A stretch of 64,000 bases of DNA from a virus, in the IMG/VR virus record IMGVR_UViG_3300025592_000986. The stretch is one strand, 5' to 3'. The notes under the pieces were generated by a model that ran no database searches, was not told where the DNA came from, and worked only from the letters and a program-made list of their open reading frames with translations. The stretch's first letter is position 1. The number at the start of each line of letters is the position of its first letter. Shown piece by piece: positions 26,530 through 35,257 of this stretch. The translations under genes and the position numbers were made by a program.

Positions 26530-26910
26530 TTAAGACGCAACGTAGGTGATCATTAGAGTTTCGTCAGAATTGGGGGGATCTTCACTATTGAACGTTACCT
26601 GGTTTGGCGGAGTTAGTACATAATCGTTGCTAGAGCCGCTGTTCATAAGCATACCATCCCGAAAAACCATCTCAGAACCCTCGACATAGCTTGATGGTGC
26701 TGTGAATTCTGTCCTAGTACCGTTAGGAGATTCAGAGAATGCCTGTCTCACCTTGTATTTATCTGCAAAGTTGCCGCCTTCGACTAAGACTGCTTCGCCC
26801 TGAAGGTTGACACCCACGAAACTGCCACGGCCGGCAAGAGAGCCTGATACTATTTTTGTTAAATCTAATTGTCCCGCTGGTAGCTTTCTAAATTTCGTGA
26901 TTAATGACAT
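26530..26910 (-). CDS. small virion structural protein
   Basis: PNGTRTEFT...VFRDGML...NDY...VTF...LMITY; same module type as the C-termini of the two fibre proteins. Confidence 0.6.
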   Translation of the reverse strand: MSLITKFRKLPAGQLDLTKIVSGSLAGRGSFVGVNLQGEAVLVEGGNFADKYKVRQAFSESPNGTRTEFTAPSSYVEGSEMVFRDGMLMNSGSSNDYVLTPPNQVTFNSEDPPNSDETLMITYVAS

Positions 26911-26937
26911 AACTAAACTCTACCTTCCTTAAAAAAC

Positions 26938-27819
26938 TTATTCTTCATGATCCCTTGGATTTATTCCTGGCAGGCCATAAAACTGACCATTCTTGTATTC
27001 TAGCTCATCCGCGAGTACTGTTCTCTCTCGGGCGATTTTAATCTCAACAGCACTTTCTCTAATTACCATTTTGGGTTGGTCCTGGTTCTCGCCGGACCCG
27101 AATACATATCCTAGAACTTCAATTTGTATAGTTGTCTCAAATTTTCGTTCTTCGTTTGAAAAATTGGACAAGTTATTGTTAAACGAGTAGTCCTGTTGAA
27201 TAAAGCCTTCATACCTGTGATGCTCTCCATCTTTCAAGATAATGTAGTTTATTCCGCCTGGACTAGTGATGAACGATGTTATCAGTTCGTTCATCTGCTG
27301 TTGATACTCTGTCCTTATTACCACACTGTAGGTTATTGTAACATATACGGGAATAGGTATCGAGATAGTTTCGTAGACGACCTTGTTCTGCTTTAAGCTG
27401 GGAAAGTTTAATTGACCCCTCTTCCTCTTAGATTTAGTGTTCATAAAATTGGAAGTCTTATCTTGTTTTATTCTTCTCGCCACCTGTATACTGCCGCCTT
27501 TGGCGTCGTTCACTGGTAGGATATTCGCTTGAATTGTTCCTTTGTTCCCAGGATCCTTAACCACAGAAGTTCTATCGACTGTTATAAGCGGCATTATAAG
27601 TGCGCCAGATTTATCCCTGATTCCATCTTCTCTTTTGACTTGGTATGCCCTCTCCGCAGATGCCCAGATCACTGGGACTTTCTTGAAGCCTTCAGCCATC
27701 GTCACTGACAGGTTGAGTATGCCGTCGATATAATTCAACATAGCTTTGTCTATGTTCTCTAGTTTGGACTCTGCGAACGGCATTTCGGTTACCTTCCCAG
27801 GTATTTCTTTATGTGGCAT
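26938..27819 (-). CDS. tail completion / sheath stabiliser (gp15-like)
   Basis: KVPVIWASAER, PLIT, PVYVTITY...YQQQMNELI; follows the neck genes. Confidence 0.7.
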   Translation of the reverse strand: MPHKEIPGKVTEMPFAESKLENIDKAMLNYIDGILNLSVTMAEGFKKVPVIWASAERAYQVKREDGIRDKSGALIMPLITVDRTSVVKDPGNKGTIQANILPVNDAKGGSIQVARRIKQDKTSNFMNTKSKRKRGQLNFPSLKQNKVVYETISIPIPVYVTITYSVVIRTEYQQQMNELITSFITSPGGINYIILKDGEHHRYEGFIQQDYSFNNNLSNFSNEERKFETTIQIEVLGYVFGSGENQDQPKMVIRESAVEIKIARERTVLADELEYKNGQFYGLPGINPRDHEE

Positions 27820-28297
27820 TAAACAACCCCTCTCTAGACTTGACGCACTCAGCGGATATCTCTAACAAGTGGTTGATTTGGCCAAATAGCTGCTTTGGTT
27901 CGTTCAAGGTGACTATTTCATAAAAGTTTTCGCCATACAGCACGAAATCGCCCTCTCGAACAAACAGATCCTGATCTTCTGTTAGCCGCCTCTTATGGAA
28001 GTTGACCGTTATCTTCGATAGCCTATCAACACCCAGATTTGTGGTCTCTGTCTCGTATCCCTTCCACTCTACCAAGGCATAAACCCTTATCGGATTAAGA
28101 AAGTTTTTCTCGATGGCCTCTCCATATATCGGATGATAGTCTGTATGTTCTATCGAAATCGGATAATACAACACTGTCTGGCCAATGACCTTTTCTACAA
28201 GCTCGTCATTAACCTGCTTTACCAGATCCCTTTCCTTTTTGCCAGTAAAGAGTGGTGGTGGGGGACTGCCTGGCTGTTTCCATTTATTGTCGGCCAT
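27809..28297 (-). CDS. neck / head-closure protein (gp14-like)
   Basis: ELVEKVIGQTVLYY, IYGEA..K.F, REGDFV...FYEI. Confidence 0.75.
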   Translation of the reverse strand: MADNKWKQPGSPPPPLFTGKKERDLVKQVNDELVEKVIGQTVLYYPISIEHTDYHPIYGEAIEKNFLNPIRVYALVEWKGYETETTNLGVDRLSKITVNFHKRRLTEDQDLFVREGDFVLYGENFYEIVTLNEPKQLFGQINHLLEISAECVKSREGLFNAT

Positions 28298-28303
28298 ATT
28301 TCA

Positions 28304-29599
28304 TTACCCCACGAAGACCGTCAGTGGTATACTCTCTTGTATCTTCTTAGTAGATTCCATAAGAGCCGAATCAGATTCTGCAAGCTTAACATAAGTCATT
28401 TCTGCCAAGGTAGTTTTCAACTCTTCACGCAAAGCAGATTGCTCTTCTCTGGCCTCTGATATTAACGCACTGCCATTCAACGTCACCGATTCGCCAGGAA
28501 TAGGTATTGTAGCAAACTTGGACCTGATTTGTCCTAAAATCTCCTTACTGAGAGAGAGTGCAAATCTTCTGATCCACTGCTTACCTATAGCGTTGATACT
28601 TCTATAAGGCAAGTTGGCAAACGGGAGAGTATTCATATTGTTTATACCATCAATAGATTCATCGTCGCCGGCACCTATAAAAGGATCTGTTGGTATAGAA
28701 AATTTGAACCAAATTCTTGTTGGTCCACCACTGTAAGGTTTTGGAAATAACCTTAACTTGTTATTCTTAAGCTCAAAAGAAAAGTGAGACATCCTTGTAT
28801 AAATAGCGTCCTCAAACGCCATAGACTGCAGTTTGTTTTGCCAAGCAGGTATAATCTCAAAACTGGAGTTGTCGGAGAACTGCCCGTAATTGTGTAGATT
28901 TCCAACAACATTCAACCCGCCATAATACCCAAAAAATCTCCACATAGATTGGGGAGTCTTGTAAAAAACTTGGTTAACAATTATTTTTTTCTTACCTACT
29001 TTGCCAAAAAAGAGGCTGCCGCTTTGAGATATGGACGCTGATAAAACTGCTGCTTGCAGGTCGTAATCTTGCGTGCCCGTGTCCAGGTCCACTGAGGCTG
29101 AATATTCTACGCTGCCCCTTCCGACACCAACCTCCGCTCCCGCTGCCTCAGATGCTCTGCGAGCGTAACCAAAATCGAACTTTGGATATTTTAAAGAAAC
29201 ATGTTTGCCGTCCAGAGATGAAGATAACGTGGTATCTCCCGTCGATTTTAGCTGCCCGTTGTCGTCAAAAGATGCGGTTGAATGCCCCAGATAGCTAGCT
29301 AGCGTATTGTTGGCCTGGTGTATGTTTAGTATATAAGAATATTCTAGCACAGCCTCCTCGTAAGAAGCATAGACACTGGCGACGTTAAGCTCTATGTCTA
29401 AGACATCGCCGCCGAGTTTTCGATAAACATACGTTACTTGATTTGCAGCGCCAGATAAGAAAGTGGTGTCATACAAGCCAGAACTTGTATCAGAATAAAC
29501 TTTGTACGGAACAGACTTGTTAACATCACCCTCACTACCAGTTGCGGGCAAGATGCTCTTACTCGAATTGCTAGCAGGCGTAAGTGTTGGTATTGACAT
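28304..29599 (-). CDS. neck protein (gp13-like)
   Basis: YRKLGG.VLDIEL, WIRRFALSLSKEILGQIRSKF..IP.PG..VTLNG..L. Confidence 0.85.
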   Translation of the reverse strand: MSIPTLTPASNSSKSILPATGSEGDVNKSVPYKVYSDTSSGLYDTTFLSGAANQVTYVYRKLGGDVLDIELNVASVYASYEEAVLEYSYILNIHQANNTLASYLGHSTASFDDNGQLKSTGDTTLSSSLDGKHVSLKYPKFDFGYARRASEAAGAEVGVGRGSVEYSASVDLDTGTQDYDLQAAVLSASISQSGSLFFGKVGKKKIIVNQVFYKTPQSMWRFFGYYGGLNVVGNLHNYGQFSDNSSFEIIPAWQNKLQSMAFEDAIYTRMSHFSFELKNNKLRLFPKPYSGGPTRIWFKFSIPTDPFIGAGDDESIDGINNMNTLPFANLPYRSINAIGKQWIRRFALSLSKEILGQIRSKFATIPIPGESVTLNGSALISEAREEQSALREELKTTLAEMTYVKLAESDSALMESTKKIQESIPLTVFVG

Positions 29600-29623
29600 T
29601 CATGGATCCTCCGGTTGTCCTTC

Positions 29624-29633
29624 TATAAATAGT
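29624..29633 (-). promoter_or_regulatory. putative late promoter ACTATTTATA (neck operon)
   Basis: Recurrent motif. Confidence 0.65.
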
Positions 29634-29661
29634 CCGAACAAGAGAGAATTGCCATAATACA

Positions 29662-30057
29662 TTATTTGTTAGTGGCTGGCTTTCGCGTAGAGCGCTTTCT
29701 TGTTGCTTTTGGCTTAGCCTTGGTGTGAGTAAGGGGCTCTTTTTTTACAGCGGGTGTAGTTAACACTACAGGCTCTTCAACTTGAATGACTTTTTCTTCT
29801 GGCAGTGGTACCTTTTCGACCTTTTCAGTAGCGGGGCTGATTTCGACGGCTTCGACAGTAGTGACGGCTTCTGTGGTGGTTGTGGTTTCGACAACGACGG
29901 GGTGGTCGACGGTAGGGATGGCGGGGGATGGTTCGGCCTGTGGTGAAGTTTCGAGCGTAACGTCAGCCCTGGCTCTGAGTGCCTCAACTCTGTTTCTAAG
30001 TGTTGCTGCCTTCTTTGCGTACTTAGGGCTTCTCAGTTTTCTAGATTTCTTTCCCAT
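29662..30057 (-). CDS. hypothetical low-complexity protein with basic termini
   Basis: MGKKSRKLRSPKY start after GGAG; Thr/Glu/Pro-rich middle; Lys/Arg-rich end. Confidence 0.65.
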   Translation of the reverse strand: MGKKSRKLRSPKYAKKAATLRNRVEALRARADVTLETSPQAEPSPAIPTVDHPVVVETTTTTEAVTTVEAVEISPATEKVEKVPLPEEKVIQVEEPVVLTTPAVKKEPLTHTKAKPKATRKRSTRKPATNK

Positions 30058-30106
30058 AATTAACTCCAATCATTTACATTAACATAGCATAAAAACTATT
30101 ATATTT

Positions 30107-30130
30107 AAAAAAAAGCCCCCTTTCGGGGGC
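30107..30130 (-). terminator. rho-independent terminator
   Basis: GCCCCC-GAAA-GGGGGC followed by T8. Confidence 0.85.
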
Positions 30131-30137
30131 CAAGAGT

Positions 30138-30371
30138 TTAATCCTCTTTCTTCTTGCCTAAGAGTTTGAAAATCACAGATCTCCTCTCTTGTGGCTCTTT
30201 AGCCTTTGGTTTCTTGGCTTTAGGCTTCTCAGCCTTTTTTTCAGGCTCTGGAATTGGTTCCGGTTTTTCTATCTTTGCTTTTTTGGCGGGGCGCTTAGCC
30301 GCCTCCTTTAAAGCCTCAAGTCTAACTTTTTCCTTTCTGTCCAGTTCTGTCATTTTCCTATTGCTGCCCAT
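30138..30371 (-). CDS. small Lys-rich hypothetical protein
   Basis: 77 aa with AGGAGG SD. Confidence 0.65.
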   Translation of the reverse strand: MGSNRKMTELDRKEKVRLEALKEAAKRPAKKAKIEKPEPIPEPEKKAEKPKAKKPKAKEPQERRSVIFKLLGKKKED

Positions 30372-30393
30372 AATAGACCTCCTATGTTAATTC

Positions 30394-31515
30394 CTATTCG
30401 AAGAAGATTCTACTCATCTTCTGATAATAAACCACCATATCACGCTGTGTCGCGTCCTGGTTCATTATACCAACGTATGGAATAAAATCAATATCATCAG
30501 TCAATGCAAGACTTACTTGTGCCTCGTCACCTGACGCTGGGGACTGAGTGGTGCCACCAGCTACTGCTGTGTGAGTTAAGGCGTACTGAACGCCGTTGAC
30601 CCAAGCAGAGACCTTTCTATCAGAATCAATCTGAATTCCCAGTCTGTAATCAGTTGCTGCGGCGACAGTGATGCCGAGATCGGTCACATAATCAACGTTT
30701 GCGAGACTGTACACGAAATGCAAGTTAGCGTTTGTTGTCAACGCACCAGCATCATCATCCTCTGCGCCATAGATAAAATACGCTTGATTTGCGTCTGTAG
30801 CAAGGGTGGGTGTGTTAGTCAGCTTAAGACCTGCCCAGATTGTGGTGTCATCAATGTCAGCAGCGTCGGTGCGGATTGCGCACTCCCAATAAACTGAGTT
30901 TTCAGATCCCCATTTAGTTGATGCCCAAGCAGTCTGATTTGAGTCGAGGTGTGGCGTCAAGATCAATTGATCTCCGTTTGCCCCGTCAGGCTGTAAAACA
31001 ATCCCAGCAGTCGTAGCAGCAAATGTCAGGTCGTCGCTTGAAGCGTTTGTACCAAGAACCTCAAAGTTTCGGTTAGCGTGTGAGTTGCCGGCTGTGCCAG
31101 TATCTCTTTTAACAACCATTGCGGCCAAAGTGGTGCTAGCTAAGTCAATAGCACCGCCTGACTGGTTTTCTAAATTCACTGTTACAGTGTTTGTCGCGGT
31201 TACTTGAGCCGTGACTATCAAGTCTACAATGTCGACTCCAATTGACACTGTTGCAAAGTCGCCCATTGCCGCACCAGTGACAACTATGTCCTCACTAAGG
31301 TCAGCGCCGTCGGCGATTGAGCCAAAGTCTTTAGTTTCGCTACCAACCAAAAAGCCGTTGACCTTTGGTAGTTGTGTAAAATATTCTTCGTAACAAACAC
31401 GATCTGGATCTGTTATTGAAAACGGACTTCCATTAAGCCCACCTAGTCTTTTGTGGCCTAAAAGGTTATCAAGCGTTGCTTCTAGCCTTCTTGTGCCTAT
31501 TCTTCTATTACCCAT
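30394..31515 (-). CDS. probable head decoration / minor virion protein
   Basis: 373 aa, beta-rich and Ala/Thr/Asp-rich, directly downstream of the major capsid gene; AAGGAGG SD. Confidence 0.55.
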   Translation of the reverse strand: MGNRRIGTRRLEATLDNLLGHKRLGGLNGSPFSITDPDRVCYEEYFTQLPKVNGFLVGSETKDFGSIADGADLSEDIVVTGAAMGDFATVSIGVDIVDLIVTAQVTATNTVTVNLENQSGGAIDLASTTLAAMVVKRDTGTAGNSHANRNFEVLGTNASSDDLTFAATTAGIVLQPDGANGDQLILTPHLDSNQTAWASTKWGSENSVYWECAIRTDAADIDDTTIWAGLKLTNTPTLATDANQAYFIYGAEDDDAGALTTNANLHFVYSLANVDYVTDLGITVAAATDYRLGIQIDSDRKVSAWVNGVQYALTHTAVAGGTTQSPASGDEAQVSLALTDDIDFIPYVGIMNQDATQRDMVVYYQKMSRIFFE

Positions 31516-31552
31516 AATTTGTTTCCTCCTTATATGTTTTTATTATGGTTAC

Positions 31553-31645
31553 GTAACCTCAATTTTCACGACATCGTGCCCAGCCGCTTCGGGCACGAAT
31601 CTTCAAGGGACAGCGGCCCCGTCCCAGGAGAATTTTGAAAGTTAC
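31553..31645 (-). ncRNA. candidate structured RNA: three-way junction with two kissing hairpins
   Basis: Outer stem GTAACTT.../...AGGTTAC; hairpin 1 GGGAC-GGGGCCGCT-GTCCC; hairpin 2 TCGTGCCC-GAAGCGGCT-GGGCACGA; loops GCCGCU and AGCGGC are complementary. Confidence 0.7.
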
Positions 31646-31647
31646 AG

Positions 31648-31655
31648 TAAATAGC
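31648..31655 (-). promoter_or_regulatory. putative late promoter GCTATTTA directly 5' of the structured RNA
   Basis: One-mismatch copy between the gp23 terminator and the RNA element. Confidence 0.55.
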
Positions 31656-31661
31656 TTTCAG

Positions 31662-31697
31662 AAAAAAGAAAAGCCCCACCAAATTAATGATGGGGCT
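31662..31697 (-). terminator. rho-independent terminator after major capsid gene
   Basis: AGCCCCATCA-loop-TGGTGGGGCT followed by TTTCTTTTTT. Confidence 0.85.
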
Positions 31698-31730
31698 AAA
31701 TCTTTTGCTAGTTTTGACCTAAGTCAATTC

Positions 31731-33440
31731 TTAGCTAGCGCCTTCCTCACCGAGGAGACCACGCACGATAACAAGACCATACATATCTGGTCTAACCATC
31801 TTCTTCGCGTAACGGGTCATTACACCCTTACGAGGTACAAAATCCTCTGTACCGAAAATGGTTGGTGTTACCTGCAACGGTACATATGGTGCGTATACGA
31901 AGCCACTCTCAAGGAATGAACTACCCTTACGACCAACAAGAACAACGTTGCGAGGAAAGTAAGGATCAACATAGATCTCGAACTTCTTGCTTAAAGCGCC
32001 GACCTTAACAGCACCGATGTCACCACGATCTGCATCAGCAGTTACGCTTGCACGGAAACCGCTTGTGAACTCAAGAATGTTAGCGACCTCTGGAGAGCAA
32101 ACAACAAAGTTTGCGCCGCCGCGAAGCGTCTTGCGGTGAATCTGAGCACTTACGTCATTGATCGTCTCAATGAGGGTCTCATACCACTCGCTAACAGTAC
32201 CAGTGAAGTCAGGTGCCGCTGAAGCTGCACCAAGCTCATTTCCGTTGCTATCAACGAAGAGACCTGGAGCGCGTGACCAGTAGCGAGTACCGGCCTTAGC
32301 ACCGACAATAAGATCACCAAGAATTTCCTGATCGATTTCAAGAGCAATTTGCTCAGAAAGAATGCCAGTTAATTCGACCTCGGCGTCAAGGTTGTGGTAA
32401 GCATTGAGGTCCTGGCCAAGCTCAGGAGTCCATTTTGCTTTCAACTTCTTGGTCGTTGCGGTAACAGCGATACTGTCAACGCGGATGTCGATTTCTGGAA
32501 TCGCTTCGCCGCCTTGTAGGATCTGCCCAGGCATTGAAGGATCTGAAACACCTGCACCTTCGAAAGGCATACCGGCGACATCTACTGCACCAACAGTATC
32601 AGCAGCACCGAGTGTGTCCTTCTTAGGGTAGGTAATGCTTACTGCATCGGTGTTGACACCTGCGTCAGTAGCGTGGGTGAAGACGACGTTAACTCCACCA
32701 TCAGTAGCGAAAGAAGTAAGTCTTCTAACCTGGGAAGCCTGATGAGAGTCAACAGAAGCACTTAATGCGAAAAGATTATTATCGTTAAGATCCGCTGGAA
32801 CGCTCCCTACTGGAATCTTAAGAACAGAAATAACATCAGATGCTGCAAGAACGTCCGGGTCGAATCGAATGCTTTTCTTTTGCGCCTCTGTCAACGAAGC
32901 AACAGCAACGTTTTCAAGAGCAGTATCAGCAGCAGCTACGTTAATAGCCGCAGATGAACCTGTAGCAGTCGTGTAACCTGTACCCAAGTTGTAAAAACCG
33001 CCGCCGTCGCCAGGATGAGATAAATTAACACCACCAGTCAACTGCGAAGCAATTACTCTACCACCATAGATAGATTCTTTTGTAACAGAAGCAGCCTTCG
33101 TGCTGTTGGTTTCAAAGTCCAAGAAGAAAATCAATCCACTTGGAAGACTCATAGGCTGAACGCTTACGAGATCGTTTGCAATCAATCCACCGAATACACG
33201 ACGAACGATTGGGAAAGCAACTGATGCGAAACCTTCGACATCACCTGCAGCCATTGATGAAGCTTCGCGAAGAAGCTCTTTAGCCTGATTCTCAAGGAGA
33301 ACGGCCATTGTATTTTGGGCTCTTTCACCAGTTAATCCTTCAAGAAGACCAGTCTTTTCCCACTTATTGAGAAGAGCAGTACCTTCCTTCTGGACATCGC
33401 GATGAACGATACCTTCAGTTAATGTTTGTAAAACAGACAT
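31731..33440 (-). CDS. gp23: major capsid protein (T4 gp23-like)
   Basis: AVLLENQ, VRRVF..LIANDLVSVQPM..PSGLIF, KLKAKWTPELGQDL.AYH.LDAEVEL, YAPYVPL, F.PRKGVMTRY. Confidence 0.97.
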   Translation of the reverse strand: MSVLQTLTEGIVHRDVQKEGTALLNKWEKTGLLEGLTGERAQNTMAVLLENQAKELLREASSMAAGDVEGFASVAFPIVRRVFGGLIANDLVSVQPMSLPSGLIFFLDFETNSTKAASVTKESIYGGRVIASQLTGGVNLSHPGDGGGFYNLGTGYTTATGSSAAINVAAADTALENVAVASLTEAQKKSIRFDPDVLAASDVISVLKIPVGSVPADLNDNNLFALSASVDSHQASQVRRLTSFATDGGVNVVFTHATDAGVNTDAVSITYPKKDTLGAADTVGAVDVAGMPFEGAGVSDPSMPGQILQGGEAIPEIDIRVDSIAVTATTKKLKAKWTPELGQDLNAYHNLDAEVELTGILSEQIALEIDQEILGDLIVGAKAGTRYWSRAPGLFVDSNGNELGAASAAPDFTGTVSEWYETLIETINDVSAQIHRKTLRGGANFVVCSPEVANILEFTSGFRASVTADADRGDIGAVKVGALSKKFEIYVDPYFPRNVVLVGRKGSSFLESGFVYAPYVPLQVTPTIFGTEDFVPRKGVMTRYAKKMVRPDMYGLVIVRGLLGEEGAS

Positions 33441-33454
33441 GTTATAGTAACCTC

Positions 33455-34537
33455 CTAATTATTTTTTTTATTATTGATGCCAGCTAAACGCTGCATCCGC
33501 TCAGAAAAGATATCATCATCTTTCTTGTGTTCTTTTCTTTGCGAGTTCAAAATTAGAGAAGAATTTCTACTGACTGCTTCGCTCAGTGATTTCGGTACGG
33601 AAGGAGCTTCTGTACTACCCACGGTGCTTTGAAGAGTTTCATAAATAACCTTCGCTTCTTTTGGTGTTTCTGCCTTTGAAATAGCTTCGACAAGTTTTCT
33701 TCTTTGTCGCTCATTCAGGGAGTCGCTCTCCAAGGTCTTGTTAATATAAAGTAGTTTCGCATTTGAAACATTCACGATTTCAACTTTCTCCTTCAATAGA
33801 AGTACGGCATCGACGTATTTTTTGTTTTCTTTTGCTAACTTGATTTGCTTTGATTTGTGTAATTTAATAGACTCTTGGAGTTCTTCGATCGTAGACTTGA
33901 GTGCATCCATTTCTTCGGCGACCTCTTCGTCTTGGCGCTTAGCCAACTCCATTGCCTCCATCTCTTTCATCTCTGACTCTGGCCTGTTCATATGGCCGCT
34001 CATCTGAGGTTCGATATCGACTGACAGTTTTTCCATAATCTGATCTACAATAGATTGTTCAAGGTCAATCTCTTCGTCAATATCGTCATCTTCCAACATA
34101 GGAGAAGCGGTGGCGGTGAGATCAACATCAGGAGTCGCTTGAGACATTTCTGGTGCAGCGTCAATTGCAGGTTCTAGATTTGTAGCAAGCTCGTCGCTAG
34201 TCATATCCGGTTCTGGCAATTCACCCATCTCTTCTTCATAGTCTCTTATTCTTTGCTTCAGTTGCGGAAGATCAATAACTATAGGCGTGTCTTCGTCGGC
34301 GACTTCGCTCTCCAAATTATCTGGTAGATCTTCTGCTGTTGCTAATGGAATTTCGTCCAACGAAGGATCAAACTCTTGATCGCCCTCGTCTTCGAGCCCA
34401 TCTTCTTCCAAAATAGAAGAAACGGCTTCCTTGATTTGATCAGAATACTTCTCTACAATCATTGCTTCGGCGTTCTTGATTGCCGATTCCCTGAGTGCGT
34501 TCGCGTCAATTATTGCTTGTTCTAACATGGATGACAT
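33455..34537 (-). CDS. prohead core scaffold protein (gp22-like)
   Basis: Acidic and coiled-coil, many L-x-E sites, NAKLLY.NK, ends RMQRLAGI; immediately upstream of gp23. Confidence 0.8.
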   Translation of the reverse strand: MSSMLEQAIIDANALRESAIKNAEAMIVEKYSDQIKEAVSSILEEDGLEDEGDQEFDPSLDEIPLATAEDLPDNLESEVADEDTPIVIDLPQLKQRIRDYEEEMGELPEPDMTSDELATNLEPAIDAAPEMSQATPDVDLTATASPMLEDDDIDEEIDLEQSIVDQIMEKLSVDIEPQMSGHMNRPESEMKEMEAMELAKRQDEEVAEEMDALKSTIEELQESIKLHKSKQIKLAKENKKYVDAVLLLKEKVEIVNVSNAKLLYINKTLESDSLNERQRRKLVEAISKAETPKEAKVIYETLQSTVGSTEAPSVPKSLSEAVSRNSSLILNSQRKEHKKDDDIFSERMQRLAGINNKKNN

Positions 34538-34571
34538 ATACTTACCCCTTAAATGAAAAAATTCTCACTAA

Positions 34572-34579
34572 TAAATAGT
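34572..34579 (-). promoter_or_regulatory. putative late promoter ACTATTTA (scaffold-capsid)
   Basis: Recurrent motif. Confidence 0.65.
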
Positions 34580-34625
34580 AAGCATAAATGCTAAATGACT
34601 GTAAAAATTGTAGGTACAAGTAGTA

Positions 34626-34790
34626 CTATACGCCTTGAGGGGCGTGCCTTAGTGATGGGCGACCGACAATTCCGAATATAAAAGGCAAGTCTTCCTGCTT
34701 TTGGTCGACTTGAACTTTGGTAACTGCATCGTTATTCTTAAAAGTCTGGATGGTAAAATCAGCATCTACTTGTTTTTTTGGTCGTCTCAT
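34626..34790 (-). CDS. unannotated 54-aa protein
   Basis: Manual translation MRRPKKQVDADFTIQTFKNNDAVTKVQVDQKQEDLPFIFGIVGRPSLRHAPQGV*, with GGAG SD; fills the gap. Confidence 0.6.
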   Translation of the reverse strand: MRRPKKQVDADFTIQTFKNNDAVTKVQVDQKQEDLPFIFGIVGRPSLRHAPQGV

Positions 34791-34799
34791 AGCCTACTC

Positions 34800-35246
34800 C
34801 TAAAAAGTTGATCCGGCGGCGAAGACATCTACATCGGCGTCCGTACCCACAAAGGCCACTCGGTCGATGCCGACAATATGATATAAACGATACTCTCTGT
34901 CATCGGGGGTTTGATCGGCAGGGGCGGCACCAGAATCTCCAACCACGATTGATGCTGCTGTCGCGGCGGAGTTGGCGGAAGCTAGATTAGTCTCAGGTAT
35001 CTCAAACCAGCGCTGAAAAGCGTGACAGTACCCAAACACTGTTACAGTCAAAGACGTCGACTCATTCGTGTCTGTGACTAAGACGTGTAAAAACCTTTGG
35101 TTCTCCGTAGCATAACCAGCAGTAGATGCGGTGACACCTTTTAGAGTGTTCGGATTTGCAAGAACTGCCACTGGTGTTCCGTTGGAACCTGCCAAATTTT
35201 TAGGGCCTCTCGTGCGACCCCAGCTTGTATTTTTATAAACTGACAT
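34800..35246 (-). CDS. hypothetical virion protein, tandem paralogue 2
   Basis: Start MSVYKNTSWGRTRGPKN after AGGAG. Confidence 0.75.
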   Translation of the reverse strand: MSVYKNTSWGRTRGPKNLAGSNGTPVAVLANPNTLKGVTASTAGYATENQRFLHVLVTDTNESTSLTVTVFGYCHAFQRWFEIPETNLASANSAATAASIVVGDSGAAPADQTPDDREYRLYHIVGIDRVAFVGTDADVDVFAAGSTF

Positions 35247-35257
35247 TATATAGTCTC

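Noticed and set aside
31553-31645. tRNA or canonical hammerhead call for the structured element
   Set aside because: No T-loop, anticodon arm or CCA; the hammerhead core is imperfect (UUGAAGA, extra junction bases), so it is kept only as an unassigned RNA
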